This document shows, one piece after another, positions 1 through 11,945 of a DNA stretch of 64,000 nt. The notes under the pieces were generated by a model. It worked only from the letters and a program-made list of their open reading frames with translations, was not told the origin of the DNA and did no database searches. The translations under genes and the position numbers were made by a program. This DNA is from Anolis carolinensis (lineage: Eukaryota), in assembly GCF_035594765.1 (NCBI RefSeq), contig NW_026943825.1, positions 1,364,001-1,428,000 on the forward strand, read 5' to 3'. Each line of letters starts with the position of its first letter. Position 1 is the first letter of the stretch.

Positions 1-573
1 GTGATTCTCCAAAAGGTAAATCAGGGAGAATCAATAATTTAACACCTTCCAAGCAGGCCGGTCTCCTCCCGCGAGTAATCTGTCTTAATAGCCACTTGTG
101 GAGATGATAAATGGTGAATAATTTAGTGTGTACGTGTCTACACGCACTGCACAACACACGCGTGCCGGCGCTTCCCCGCCATAATTAAAGAACGTGAAAC
201 TTCCTTTGTTACACAATATTATTGCTGAATAATTCAGGGCCAGAGTAATTACCAAACGGCACAGAAACCCACCCGCAGAAAAGGCATGAGAGATTCGCAA
301 TGGAGCCAATTACCTCCAAACCAAGTGGGTGATTTAAGCCCACGTTAACCTGGGAATTCGGAAACCATTTCGACTCAATATCATTATTTTTCCCTGGAAG
401 AAAATTATCTACTTATCTTCGACTAATACGCTGCAGTGAAATGAACTTTAGCTAAGGCTCGTGCGCTGTCTTCCTCTAAAGCCTCCATTTGACAAGTTGA
501 CATTTTCCTAACTTCGCAAATAGAAAAGAAACAAGGATTCCTCGTGCGGCAGAATGGGAGGGTTGGCTCTCAA

Positions 574-809
574 TATTTATTTATTTATTTATTTACAGCA
601 TTTATATTCCGCCCTTCTTTCTCACCCCGAAGGGGACTCAGGGCGGATCCCATTACACATATAGGCAAACATTCAATGCCTTTTAACATAGAACAAAGAC
701 AAGACAAACATGGCTCCGAGCGAGCCTCGAACTCATGACCTTCTGGTCAGAGTGATTCATTGCAGTGATTCATTGCAGCTGCTCTCCAGCCTGTGCCACA
801 GCCCGAGCC
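574..809 (-). mobile_element. tRNA-derived SINE with LINE-like tail
   Basis: Reverse strand has A-box (TGGCACAGGCTGG) and B-box (GTTCGAGGC) and ends in (TAAA)n. Near-identical copy at about 16174-16410; related longer copy at about 10455-10935 (+). Confidence 0.75.
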
Positions 810-959
810 ATATTTGCCAAAAGGAATGCAGGTTGGCACCGCTTGAACTGACAAGGCTCAATGCTATACGATTCTGGGAGTTGTAGTTTCACAAGATCTT
901 TCGCCTTCTTCGTCAGAATGACCAAACTGCAACACCTAGGATTCAATTGCAATGAACCC

Positions 960-1230
960 GGAGCCTCCAGTGGCCTAGGGGATAAAAGCCTCGTGACTTG
1001 AAGGTTGGGTTGCTGACCTGAAGGCTGCCAGGCTCGAATCTCACCCAGGGAGAGTGCGGATGAGCTCCCTCTGTCAGCTCCAGCTCCATTTGGGGACATG
1101 AGAGAAGCCTCCCACAAGGATGGTAAAACATCAAAACATCCGGGCAAAGTCCCCTGGGCAACGTCCTTGCAGACGGCCAATTCTCTCACTCCAGAAGCAA
1201 CTCCGGTTGCTCCTGACACGAAAAAAAAAA
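960..1230 (+). mobile_element. tRNA-derived SINE with ...gctcctgacacg-poly(A) tail
   Basis: B-box-like ggctcgaatc and poly(A). Reverse copies at 48468-48733, 49198-49480 and 58662-58916; partial + copy at about 63050-63232. Confidence 0.75.
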
Positions 1231-1261
1231 TTACGAGCCACATTAAATCAACAGAGTAGAT

Positions 1262-1990
1262 CAGTGGTTCCTGAACTTATTTGGCCTACTGCTCCCTTTC
1301 CAGAAAAAAATATGAGTCAGCGCCCCCTGGAAAGGGGGGCGTGGCTTAGAGGGGTGGGTGTGGCTCCTGCTCAAGAGGGCGGGGCTGAGCCTCTCCCCTA
1401 GTCCAAGATGCAGGGCTGCGAGAAGGAGGGGGGGTGGGCGGGGCCACAAATGGGCGGCCAGGACTGGGGTGGGCGGAGTTACAAGCTCTGAGTCAGGGCT
1501 GAGCTTCTATCCCTGTCCTGCAGTGCCTGCCAGGACACAGGGGGCGGGGCTAGAGGAGGGGGCGGGGCCTCTTCCCAGGACTGGGATGGGCGGAGTTACG
1601 AGCTCTGAGTCAGGGCTGAGCTTCTATCCCTGTCCTGCGGCGCCTGCCAGGACACAGGGGGCGGGGCTAGAGGAGGGGGCGGGGCCTCTTCCCAGGACTG
1701 GGATGGGCGGAGTTACGAGCTCTGAGTCAGGGCTGAGCTTCTATCCCTGTCCTGCGGAGCCTGCCAGGACTCAGGGGGCGGGGCTAGAGGAGGGGGCGGG
1801 GCCTCTTCCCAAGTGCCTGACGGGGCTGAACCTCTATACCCCGCCCCCGTGTTCTAACAAGCGCCTCAGGTATACAGAGGCTCAGCCCTGTCTGGCGCTC
1901 TTGGGAAGAGGCCCTGCCCCCACCCCTAGCCCTGCTCTTTAGTCCTGAAAGGCCTCTCAGGAGAAATATAGAGGCTCAGCCCTGCTTCTT
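1262..1990. mobile_element. Probable non-autonomous hAT-like element with GC-rich 118-bp internal tandem (x3)
   Basis: Begins CAGTGGTTCC; 118-bp unit repeated at about 1460-1810; shares sequence with 19860-20680. Confidence 0.5.
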
Positions 1991-2688
1991 GCTTCTTGGC
2001 GGGGGGTTGGACTGGATGGCCCATGAGGTCTCTTCCAACTGTACGATTCTATGATTCTATCATTCTTACTCTAGAGGAGACATGCATATGCCAGGAGCCA
2101 GCTATGCACTCTTTTCATTCCAAGGCATTTAAAGGAGGCAAGCAAGTTCTTAATGCTGTTTCTTACTCTAGAGGAGGCGCTCGGCTGCAGGCAGGCACAT
2201 TATGAAAGGTACTGTATATAAGCCGAGCTTTCCAGCCGTTTTTTTTTTTTTAGCTGGAAAAGCCTCCCTTGGCTTAAAATGGGGTCAAGGTGAATGCCGG
2301 GCAACAGAACCTGGAGGCCATGGCTTGCAATATAGGATCTATTCCTCTCTTACCCTCCCTTATCAGTGTGTTTTCCAAAGCCTCCATCACTCTTAACCAA
2401 GGGAATGTTTTGAAAAGGGAAAATGACGCCCTTGCAAGTCAGGAAGAAGATAAATATATATCCATCAATCTTATAAAAGCATTTTCCCCTGAAATATTTG
2501 TTAAACTCTCCTACAGATATATAGGCATTAACCCCCTTCATGCATTTGCAATCCCTATGTACTTATTTATCTCTATCTATCTATCTATCTATCTACATTA
2601 ATTTTATATATGAATTTTCCTCTCACGTGTTTGCAGGTCTTTGCAAATCCTATATACACATAGATCCATGTACCTGTATATCTATATA

Positions 2689-3011
2689 CAGTAGAGTCTC
2701 ACTTAGCCAAGCCTCGCTTATCCAAGCTTCTGGATTATCCAAGCCATTTTTGTAGTCAATGTTTTCAATATATCATGATATTTTGGTGCAAAATTTGTAA
2801 ATACAGTAATTACTACATAGCATTAATGTGTAAAGAACTACTTTTTCTGTCAAATGGGTTGTATAACATGATGTTTTGGTGCTTAATTTGTAAAATCATA
2901 ACCTAATTTGATGTTTAATAGGCTTTTCCTTAATCCCTCCTTATTATCCAACATATTCACTTGTCCAACGTTCTGCTGGCCCGTTTATGTTGGATAAGTG
3001 AGACTCTACTG
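2689..3011. mobile_element. Tc1/mariner-superfamily MITE (about 320 bp)
   Basis: TIRs CAGTAGAGTCTCACTT.../...AAGTGAGACTCTACTG with TA flanks. Further copies at 18383-18705, 21459-21781, 28206-28772, 31491-31813, 38746-38997, 39824-40138, 42869-43174, 49984-50454 and 57773-58322. Confidence 0.85.
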
Positions 3012-4099
3012 TATATCTGTATCTTTCTATATACCTTAATTTTATATATGAATTTTCCCCTCATGTGTTTGCAGGTCTTTGCAAATCCTATATACACATA
3101 GATCCATGTACCTGTATATCTATATATATACATTATTTAACCTACTGATGCCTTGATTAATGTAATTTTATTGGTATCTATTTTTATTTTGAAATTGACC
3201 AATAGCTGCTTCATTTCCCACCCTTGGCTTATACTTGGGTCAATTAGTTATCCCAGGTTTTTTTGGTAAAATTAGGTGCCTCGGCTTATATTCGGGTCAG
3301 CTTATACTCGGGTATATACGGTAAATATCTCACAACTCTTAGAATCCCATGGTAGTTAATGTAGTACTGTACTGCTATAATTCTGTAGTGTAGATACAAC
3401 CTAATGCTCCGAAACTGTATTTCTGGGAGAGATCGTCCTCCCTAGTAATATCCGCTACCAATCAGAATAGACAGGTTAGAAAAGATGGATGACAACGCTC
3501 AGCTATATGTGTTCAATATTGTCCCATATTGGATGATGGACTGCTTTTAAATGGGGTTGTAAGTGGGTACTTTGCATGTCAGGAGAGGGAGAGAAGAAAA
3601 GAGAAATATTTCTTGGGAAGCTCTTGGAAATAATATTTATATAAATGAGTGTGAAAATCTACAAAAAAAGAAGGCAGGCAATCAATCTGTAAACACTGAA
3701 ATATCAATACGACAAAGGATACAGTTATAACGGTGTTGTACTGTCAGCAAACTGCATGGCTGGCGATGAGACCCTTCTCAATCCGTGCTGCTGAATTTGC
3801 AAAGAAGGCTACTTTGTGTGCAATGGATGGATGGCTTTGACAGCTTTTATTCTGCCCCTGCAAAACGAAACAAAACAATGTCTGCTGTAACGTCGGGTGA
3901 ACAGGGAAGACTTGCATTTTGTGAAGAGTGCGGGGAAGGTGCAATGTATTTCTCAATTGAATTGAGAGACCCTTTTCACTGTGAATGCACTTCTGTCAAT
4001 TCAGTGAAAGCCAGAGTTCCCAGTGGTTATACGCATGGGATGAATACTGTCATAGTACAATGGGTATAAACATAGGATGAACATTGTCATAGTTATGTC

Positions 4100-4877
4100 A
4101 TTGACATCACTTGTGCCAAAGTAGGTGTGGAAGGTGGGGAAGACCATCAGCCATTGGTCAAGTTTAGCTAAGCCAAGATATATATTCTTTGTTTGCGGTT
4201 AGGTCACTGACATCACTTGTGCCAAAATAGGTGTGGAAGGTAGGGAAGACCATCAGGAATTGGTCAAGTTTAGCTAAGCCAAGATATATATTCTTTGTTT
4301 GCGGTTATTAGGTCACTGACATCACTTGTGCCAAAATAGGTGTGGAAGGTGGAGAAGACCATCAGCCATTGGTCAAGTTTAGATAAGCCAAGATATATAT
4401 TCTTTGTTTACAGTTAGGTCACTGACATCACTTGTGCCAAAATAGGTGTGGAAGGTGGAGAAGACCATCAGCCATTGGTCAAGTTTAGATAAGCCAAGAT
4501 ATATATTCTTTGTTTGCGGTTATTAGGTCACTGACATCACTTGTGCCAAAATAGGAGTGGAAGGTGGGGAAGACCATCAGCCATTGGTCTAGTTTAGATA
4601 AGCCAAGATATATATTCTTTGTTTGCGGTTAGGTCACTGACATCACTTGTGCCAAAATAGGTGTGGAAGGTAGGGAGGACCATCAGCCATTGGTCAAGTT
4701 TAGATAAGCCAAGATATATATTCTTTGTTTACAGTTAGGTCACTGACATCACTTGTGCCAAAATAGGTGTGAAAGGTGGGGAAGACCATCAGCCATTGGT
4801 CAAGTTTAGCTAAGCCAAGATATATATTCTTTGTTTGCGGTTAGGTCACAGACATCACTTGTGCCAAAATAGGTGTT
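4100..4877. repeat. Minisatellite, 106/109-bp unit, about 7.3 copies
   Basis: (t)gacatcacttgtgccaaa recurs at about 4102, 4208, 4317, 4423, 4532, 4638, 4744 and 4850. Confidence 0.95.
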
Positions 4878-6480
4878 TGAGGTGTTTGTAGCCTGGAAAA
4901 GCAACTTCTGTGAGCTCTGGCCTTGGCTTTGTGAAAAAGCCGCTGACCGCCAAAGTCAAAGCCAAACTGCTGATCTGAAAGGGAACTTTGGTCTGACCCA
5001 GCAGGCTTTGCCTTATGATTCTGAGCACTCCTTTTTTGAAAGCGTTATTGCAAGGCTGTTTGTTATTTTATGCTGCCTTCTGTATTTTACTGATTTTATC
5101 GGGTTTGTAATTCAGCAATTTTATTGTCTCTTAATGACCGTTTTGTAAAACGTCCCTCCTCCCCTCGGAAGCCAGCTTGAGATCTTTTTAAATTAAAAGA
5201 TGGGGCATAAAAGGGTTCGCCACGTGAAGGAATGGCTAGGTTCCTGGCTCAGTAAAATGTTCTGAACGAATAAACATAGAGCAAGAAGAAGTGGAATGAA
5301 ATGGAAGAGTGTTTGAAGAGAAGGAGGAAAAGAGATACAATGAGAGAAGGGGGAAAGAAGTGGGGGGGAAAGGGAAAAAGGGGGACAGAATATTTTTTTA
5401 ATTTATTGTGTCAGAAGCGAATTGAGGGTACAGGTGTAATGTATTAAAAATACAAACAAAGTTAACAACTTGGCATTGTACAACTGCGCATCATCGCCAA
5501 AACGCTGCGTTGAGGACGCAAGCGGCAGAGTTTGGTGGGGAAGGAGTTGCAAAGCTCATTCTTCGCTATGATAAGGGCCTAGATTTGAATGGCGACTATG
5601 TTGGGAAGTGGTATATGGGTGTGGCTTTCAACTGGAAGATACAATAGAGTCTCACTTATCCAACACTCGCTTATCCAATGTTCTGGATTATCCAATGCAT
5701 TTTTGTAGTCAATGTTTTCAATACATCATGATATTTTGGTGCTAAATTCGTAAATACAGTACAGTAGAGTCTCACTTATCCAACATAAACGGGCCAGCAG
5801 AATGTTGGATAAGCGAATATGTTGGATAATAAGGAGGCATGCATTTTTTTAAAAATTTAAAAACTAGGATTTCACGGGGAACAGCCTGCACCGATCTGCC
5901 TTTTTATCCTGGTCGACCTCATTTTCTTTTTTCCTTCTTGCTGCGAAGGCAGGTTTCTCCTCTTCCGCCAAGTGCAACGGCATGGCCTTTTTTTTTTCCT
6001 GAGCTGCTTGGCACTAATAAACGTAACTCGCAGACAATAAACTTGCTCAAGAAAAGGCTAAGGTGAGAAATAAATTTCCATTAATTCAGAGCAGCGGCCT
6101 GACAGGGGAGGCATAAAGTTATCAAAGCAAAAGGGAGGCGAGAACAGGGAGGCTAATTCACATGCGGGTTGTGTGTGTCCTTCAGAGCCGCCTTCTTGGG
6201 CCAAATGCATCTGGTGCGCCTTGAGTTTGAAACCCGCACACTTATGCAAAGGCCGACTCCCACACCTTTCCCATGTATTAAGGAACACAAAACCTTGCCG
6301 TACTTCAAGGCACACCTAATCCATCCTTCAGCCACCGCGGGATGCATTCAAAGCATCGGCAGCAGCTGCCCCATCACTCCACTTAGCCCTCCTCGCCCAC
6401 AGTTTTTCCTATAAGACTCTCCAGAAAAAGCAGCGTAAGCTTTTGCCAATAGCCCATGAGTCTTGCGCAGAGGCCTGTTG

Positions 6481-7228
6481 GGTTCTCTTCTCCCAGTTGT
6501 GCTGTGGGTCAGTCGTCCAAAAGAAAAAGCACCAAGACACGCTGGTAGATTCCAACAGATTTTATTGTACCGAATACCAGAACCTTCTCTCTGGCCCACA
6601 TATATAGGGGCTCTCACATACCAGAGGGTCATTGAGGTTGTATGGGTTGTTAAGTTCTCTTCTCCCAGTTGTGCTGTGGGTCAGTCTTCCAAAGGAAAAA
6701 GCACCAAGACACGCTGGTAGATTCCAACAGATTTTATTGTACCGAATACCAGAACCTTCTCTCTGGCCCACATATATAGGGGCTCTCACATACCAGAGGG
6801 TCATTGAGGTTGTATGGGTTGTTAAGTTCTCTTCTCCCAGTTGTGCTGTGGGTCAGTCTTCCAAAGGAAAAAGCACCAAGACACGCTGGTAGATTCCAAC
6901 AGGTTTTATTGTACCGAATACCAGAACCTTCTCTTTGGCCCACTTATATAGGGGCTTTCACATACCAGAGGGTCATTGAGGTTTTATGGATGGTTAAGTT
7001 TTCTTCTCCCAGTTGTGCTGTGGGTCAGTCGTCCAAAAGAAAAAGCACCAAGACACGCTGGTAGATTCCAACAGATTTTATTGTACCGAATACCAGAACC
7101 TTCTCTTTGGCCCACTTATATAGGGGCTTTCACATACCAGAGGGTCATTGAGGTTTTATGGATGGTTAAGTTTTCTTCTCCCAGTTGTGCTGTGGGTCAG
7201 TCTTCCAAAGGAAAAAGCACCAAGACAA
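6481..7228. repeat. Tandem repeat, 172-bp unit, about 4.3 copies, just 5' of the ACKR1 coding exon
   Basis: cttctcccAGttgtgctgtgggtcagtc recurs with AG ending at 6496, 6668, 6840, 7012 and 7184. Confidence 0.95.
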
Positions 7229-7412
7229 AGTGTGCTCTGGGGACTTTTGGCCATTTCCTCCCGATGGGTGGTTGGTATCGCTGTAAAGGGAGGACACTCC
7301 TACAGTCTCTTAAATAATCTCTGCATTTCTGATGAAATTTAAGATTAAAAGGGTTCTAAAAACCAGATCATACTTCTCATGCCTCTATCATGTCTTCTTC
7401 TTTCTTTTTTAG

Positions 7413-8333
7413 AGTAAGAGTCGAGTCACTAGGCTGGATTCTGAAGAACTGGAAGACCTGATGGCCAACTTTACAAATAACTACACCTATGACGGGTACC
7501 CATCCTACGATGATAACCTTCCTGAGCCGTGCCAGTTCACTTTCTGCCTCCGTTTCCTCAGCAGCATCTTAGCATTGCTGATGTTCGTCAGCATTGTGGG
7601 CCTAATGTCCAGTTTGGCCCTTGGCATTTCCTTGGCCAAGCGTCCCATCTTGTGGAAGCAACGTCAGCCAGGAAAGTATGGGTTCTTCCTAACGTCAGCG
7701 TCCACGGGTCTCTTTGCCGCCACCTTGCCATTCTTTGCAGTGGGGCTCAAGCACGGGTGGGTCTTTGGACCCCATTTCTGCCAGCTGGCCCGTGCCCTGA
7801 GGTATGGCTGCCTCTTTGCACAAGGGTTGATGGTGGCCGGTAGCACGTGGCGCATGCCTCCGGCCGTTCCTCGCTCGCTCTTCCTCACCGGACTCTTCTT
7901 CCTGGGATTCGTGTGTGCGACACCCGCCATCGTCATTAGCAGCCCTGGGGACGACTGCTTCTCAAGCTTGGAACCAGGTCTTCAGCCGTGGTCTTTGGCT
8001 CACATCCTGGTCTCTCTGGCTACTTTTGACATCCTCCCGTTGGCAATGCTTGTAGCCAAAGTGGCTCTGAAGAGGCATGGAAAGAACGAGCGCCTACAGC
8101 TGAATCTGAGCTGGGTTTTTTACATTTTCTGGTCGCCCTATGGAGTAGCCCTGCTCCTGGACAAATTACTAGAGGATGGGTTGCTAACCTCGACTTGCCA
8201 TTTCCGAGAACATCTCGACTACTTTCTGGGGATATCAGAAGGATTTGGCATCCTGCATTGCTTCCTATTGCCATTGTTCATTCTGGGTTCGGGCATTTGT
8301 CGCCAAAGAATCGGCAAAGCAGGAAGACCCTAA
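7413..8333 (+). CDS. ACKR1: Atypical chemokine receptor 1 (Duffy antigen/DARC), main coding exon
   Basis: 7TM-like ORF (ATG 7461, stop ends 8333). Motifs match ACKR1 as I recall it: CQLARALRYGCLFAQG (human CSLGYCVWYGSAFAQA), FWSPYGVALLLD (FWWPHGVVLGLD), EGFGILHC (EALAILHC). No DRY motif; acidic, Tyr-rich N-terminus with NxT sites. Polypyrimidine acceptor tttcttttttAG at 7411-7412 opens in frame (SKSRVTRLDSEELEDLM). AATAAA at 8418-8423. Confidence 0.9.
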   Translation, partial: SKSRVTRLDSEELEDLMANFTNNYTYDGYPSYDDNLPEPCQFTFCLRFLSSILALLMFVSIVGLMSSLALGISLAKRPILWKQRQPGKYGFFLTSASTGLFAATLPFFAVGLKHGWVFGPHFCQLARALRYGCLFAQGLMVAGSTWRMPPAVPRSLFLTGLFFLGFVCATPAIVISSPGDDCFSSLEPGLQPWSLAHILVSLATFDILPLAMLVAKVALKRHGKNERLQLNLSWVFYIFWSPYGVALLLDKLLEDGLLTSTCHFREHLDYFLGISEGFGILHCFLLPLFILGSGICRQRIGKAGRP

Positions 8334-9200
8334 ATCGTCCCATTCTCAGAACGTTGCATCCTGCAGTGAGCTGGCCTGGAATGCTGTAGAAGCCAAGCTG
8401 TCTTTCCGCAGAAATTAAATAAAATGCAATTTTTTCACATTCAGAGCCATCAAATTCCGCGCCCCAGGGATGGTGAATAAATGAGGACTCTGAACTCTGA
8501 ATAAATGAGGATAGAAAGCTCGCCTTGATAAACTACTTTTTTTTATTTTTGATTAATTTATTGTCTCCGGTCACTGAGAGAAGGGTGAGAGTACAGTGTA
8601 CCCAAATAGATATTGGATGCCAGAAAGTGAACCCAAGTTGACATGGGCCAAAGAAAACACTCACTTCATTGCAAAACATTACAAAACATCGCAAGCCGTT
8701 CAGACAACAGATGGCATGATCGAAACAGAAGATTTTCTTCCAGCCGTTAATGCAGCACAAGAAGAACTCTAGAGCTTCCAGGAAACTCTTGCGTGATGTA
8801 TGTTTTTGATGTATGGACACCTAGATCAGGCTGGATCCAGGAGATCCAGTGTCCCCACATCAAAAAGATCCAGCTCCTTGGAAAAGCCTCACTGGGGACA
8901 TGGTTTCTGGTGACCTTAACACCTGGGCCTCCTGTTGTGATCTTGCCAACAAGGCTGTGCCGAGGAGCTGCTTCTGGCCGGCAAAACAGCACAGTGGCTC
9001 CCGGGAGGGCAGAGCATCAGTGTTTAATGCCTTGACTGCCCAGCTGACCATCTGGACAGCAGAATGGCTTATGGCACTCCAGTAGTGTATCTGGGCCAGC
9101 TCCAAAGTGGAGTATTCCTTAGGATTTTCTTGTGGATTTGATTCATATGTTCTCTTTAGGAATGTCTAGCTCCTTGTCTACATGTAGCTAGACATTACTA

Positions 9201-9312
9201 GTAAAGGTAATGGTTTCCCTTGACATTGAGTCTAGTAGAGTCCAACTCTGGGGGGTGATGCTCATCTCCATTTTTAAGCTGAAGAGCCGGCGTTGTCCAT
9301 AGATACCTCCAA
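9201..9312 (-). mobile_element. Sauria-type SINE 3' fragment
   Basis: gtaaaggtaatggtttcccttgacatt...gctcatctccatt...gaagagccggcgttgtcc, the reverse of an ACCTTT-type tail. Second copy at about 62238-62375. Confidence 0.7.
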
Positions 9313-9314
9313 CA

Positions 9315-9722
9315 TCCTCAACCAGCCGGTCCCCCCTTCCCGCAGCTGTGCATTGTCGCCAAAATGCTGCGTTGAGGACGCAAGCGGCAGAGTTTTGTGG
9401 GGAAGGAGTTGCCAAGCTCATTCATTGCTAAGTGCCTAGATTTGAATGGTGACTATGTTGAGAAGTGGTACTTGGGTGTGGCTTTCAACTGCATATGGTA
9501 AATGTTTTCTCCTATACTTTTTGAGGACGCAAGCGGCAGAGTTTGGTGGGGAAGGAGTTGCCAAGCTCATTCATTGCTATGATAAGTGCCTAGATTGGAA
9601 TGGCGACTATGTTGAGAAGTGGTATTTGGGTGTGGCTTTCAACTGCCTATGGTAAATGTTTTCTCCTATACTTTGTTTATTTTTAATTCCAAAACGTAAT
9701 CTACTTTCAGGATAACCCTCGT
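9315..9722 (+). mobile_element. Non-autonomous mariner remnant
   Basis: Encodes LRTQAAEFGGEGVAKLIHCYDKCLDWNGDYVEK (mariner transposase C-terminus); ends ...ggataaccctcgTA. Confidence 0.75.
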
Positions 9723-10016
9723 ATATATATTTATATATACACACACACATATAAAACACTATATTATTAGTATAGCATGTTACTGGGGGAGGGTCCACCA
9801 GCTGATGGCACAGAATGCTGGTGGAGTTTGAGAAGGCGGATTGACCCAGCACGATGGGAATTGTAGTTCTCCCTGCATCAAGTCGCAGCAGGAGGTGGGC
9901 TTTTGGTGGGAGGATTTGCCATATGTTTCCAAAAAAGAAGAAAAGAACAGGCAGAGAGATCTTCAGGACCCCCAGGTTGAGAAACACTGTTCTACAAACA
10001 CTTCCAGACTTTCAGA

Positions 10017-10295
10017 ATGTTGTTGTTGAAGTTTTTCATAGTCGGAATCACCGGGTTGCTGTGGGTTTCCCGGGCTGTCTGGCCATGTCCCCAAAGCATT
10101 CTCTCCTGACGTTTTGCCCACATCTATGGCAGGCATCCTCAGAGGTTATGAGGTCTGTTGGAAACTAGGCGGGGGGGGGGGGGGGCTCCTGTCAGAGAGA
10201 GAGGAAGGCTGCCTGCCTTTGGGACAGTGCCGGATGAGGGCCACCTTCTCCTGGACGGAACATGACCATACAGCCCGGAAAACTCACAGCAACTC
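10017..10295. mobile_element. Penelope-like element terminal fragments in inverted arrangement
   Basis: Reverse copy of the sequence at 28920-29057 and 34130-34335, followed by a forward partial copy. Confidence 0.7.
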
Positions 10296-11783
10296 AGTTT
10301 TGGAATGTTTTCTGTCAACTTCTCTTTTGTCAGCACCGTTAATCAATTTCAATAGTTTTTCAATTTTCAATAGTTTTTGTATCAGGGTTTGGATTACAAC
10401 TTCTTCTTCTTCTTCTTCTAAAAATGAACCACACCAAATTTTCCAACCAACTAGCCGGGCTGAGGCATAGCTGGCTAGTAACCAGCTGCAATAAATAATT
10501 ACTGACCGAGAAGTCATGAGTTCGAAGCCCGGGTCGGGTTAAGCCCCCAACAATTAAATAGCCCGGCTTGCTGTTTACCAAAGCAGCCCGAAAGATAGTT
10601 GCATCTGTCAAGTAGGAAATTTAGGTACATTTTATGTGGGAGGCTAATTTAACTAATTTACAACACCATAAAACTGCCAGCAAAACACGAGGAAAGGAAT
10701 GAGGAAGTACAGCACTTGGTGTCACCCATGGATGATAAAGCAACAGCTCCCCCTGTGGTCAGAATCGAGCATACCCTCATGAAGCTGGAAATGTTAAAAT
10801 TGCCTCTATGTGTGTCTATACTGTATGTTGTTTGTCTGATGGCATTGAATGTTTGTCATATATATGTGTGCATTGTAACTGAGTCCCCTTCGGGGTGAGA
10901 AAGAAGGGCGGAATATAAATAAATAAGTAAATAAATACACTTGTGACTGATATATAAAGAATGAGCACCCTTTCCTCCAGGCCTCCACCATCAACCTAGC
11001 TTTGATGACTCCACATTTTGCAGGTTTCTTTCTTGATGCAATAAGAAACACTTTCGATCGATGCTTTCAGCACGTCACCTGGGGAAAGAAAAACCTTGCT
11101 CGCCTCCTAAGTCAAGGATTGATTTGCCCTCGCTCAAACATTTTTATTAGCCTTATTATTAATCTGGCTGCATGAAAAGAAGAAGCCTCTGTAATGGGAA
11201 TGGTGGCTCTAAAACATTCTGTCCCCTTGTGCTCGCAAAGTGCTGTTCTTAACCATTGCTCAGTGGACTTAAATACACGTCAAATTAAAATGCACTTATT
11301 AAAAGCATTCTTGAATCCGTGCTGCTCTCTGCTGTCCTTAGTGGACACTGCAAAATATTCTCGACTTGATTCCCTCTGTTTATTTATGAGCTTCTTGAAG
11401 CAAGCACCCACTACATTTTCATTTATATGTCAGTTCCGCTTGGTGGAGATGAAACTAATGTGGGTTATTATAAGGGACCTGCCAACCCTAGTCCAACATC
11501 AAGCCAGGAGGAACCTGAACCAGAAAAGAAAAGAATAATAATTTTCCAAAATATGACCGACACCATATACAGAAGGTGCATCTACATTGTAGACTTAATA
11601 TAGCTTGACACCAATATACCTGCTGTAGAATCCATTGCCGTTCTGTGAGGCACTAGCTCTCTTTGGTAGAAGACTAAAGACCTTGAAAACTCCCATGAAG
11701 ACTTTTTAAACCTACTTGTCCCATGAAATGGAATAAACGAACATTGCAATGATGAGTTAGAGTAAGGCTAGATTTTAGCACAG

Positions 11784-11945
11784 NNNNNNNNNNNNNNNNN
11801 NNNNNNNNNNNNNNNNNNNNNNNNNNNNNNNNNNNNNNNNNNNNNNNNNNNNNNNNNNNNNNNNNNNNNNNNNNNNNNNNNNNNNNNNNNNNNNNNNNNN
11901 NNNNNNNNNNNNNNNNNNNNNNNNNNNNNNNNNNNNNNNNNNNNN
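11784..11945. other. Assembly gap (162 N)
   Basis: Run of N. Confidence 1.

Noticed and set aside
1358-1942. 194-aa repetitive ORF
   Set aside because: Produced by a GC-rich 118-bp tandem inside a TE; no splice or homology support.
7264-7285. ATG GGT GGT TGG as ACKR1 exon 1
   Set aside because: No phase-0 donor; it would need a weak donor and a rare GAG acceptor.
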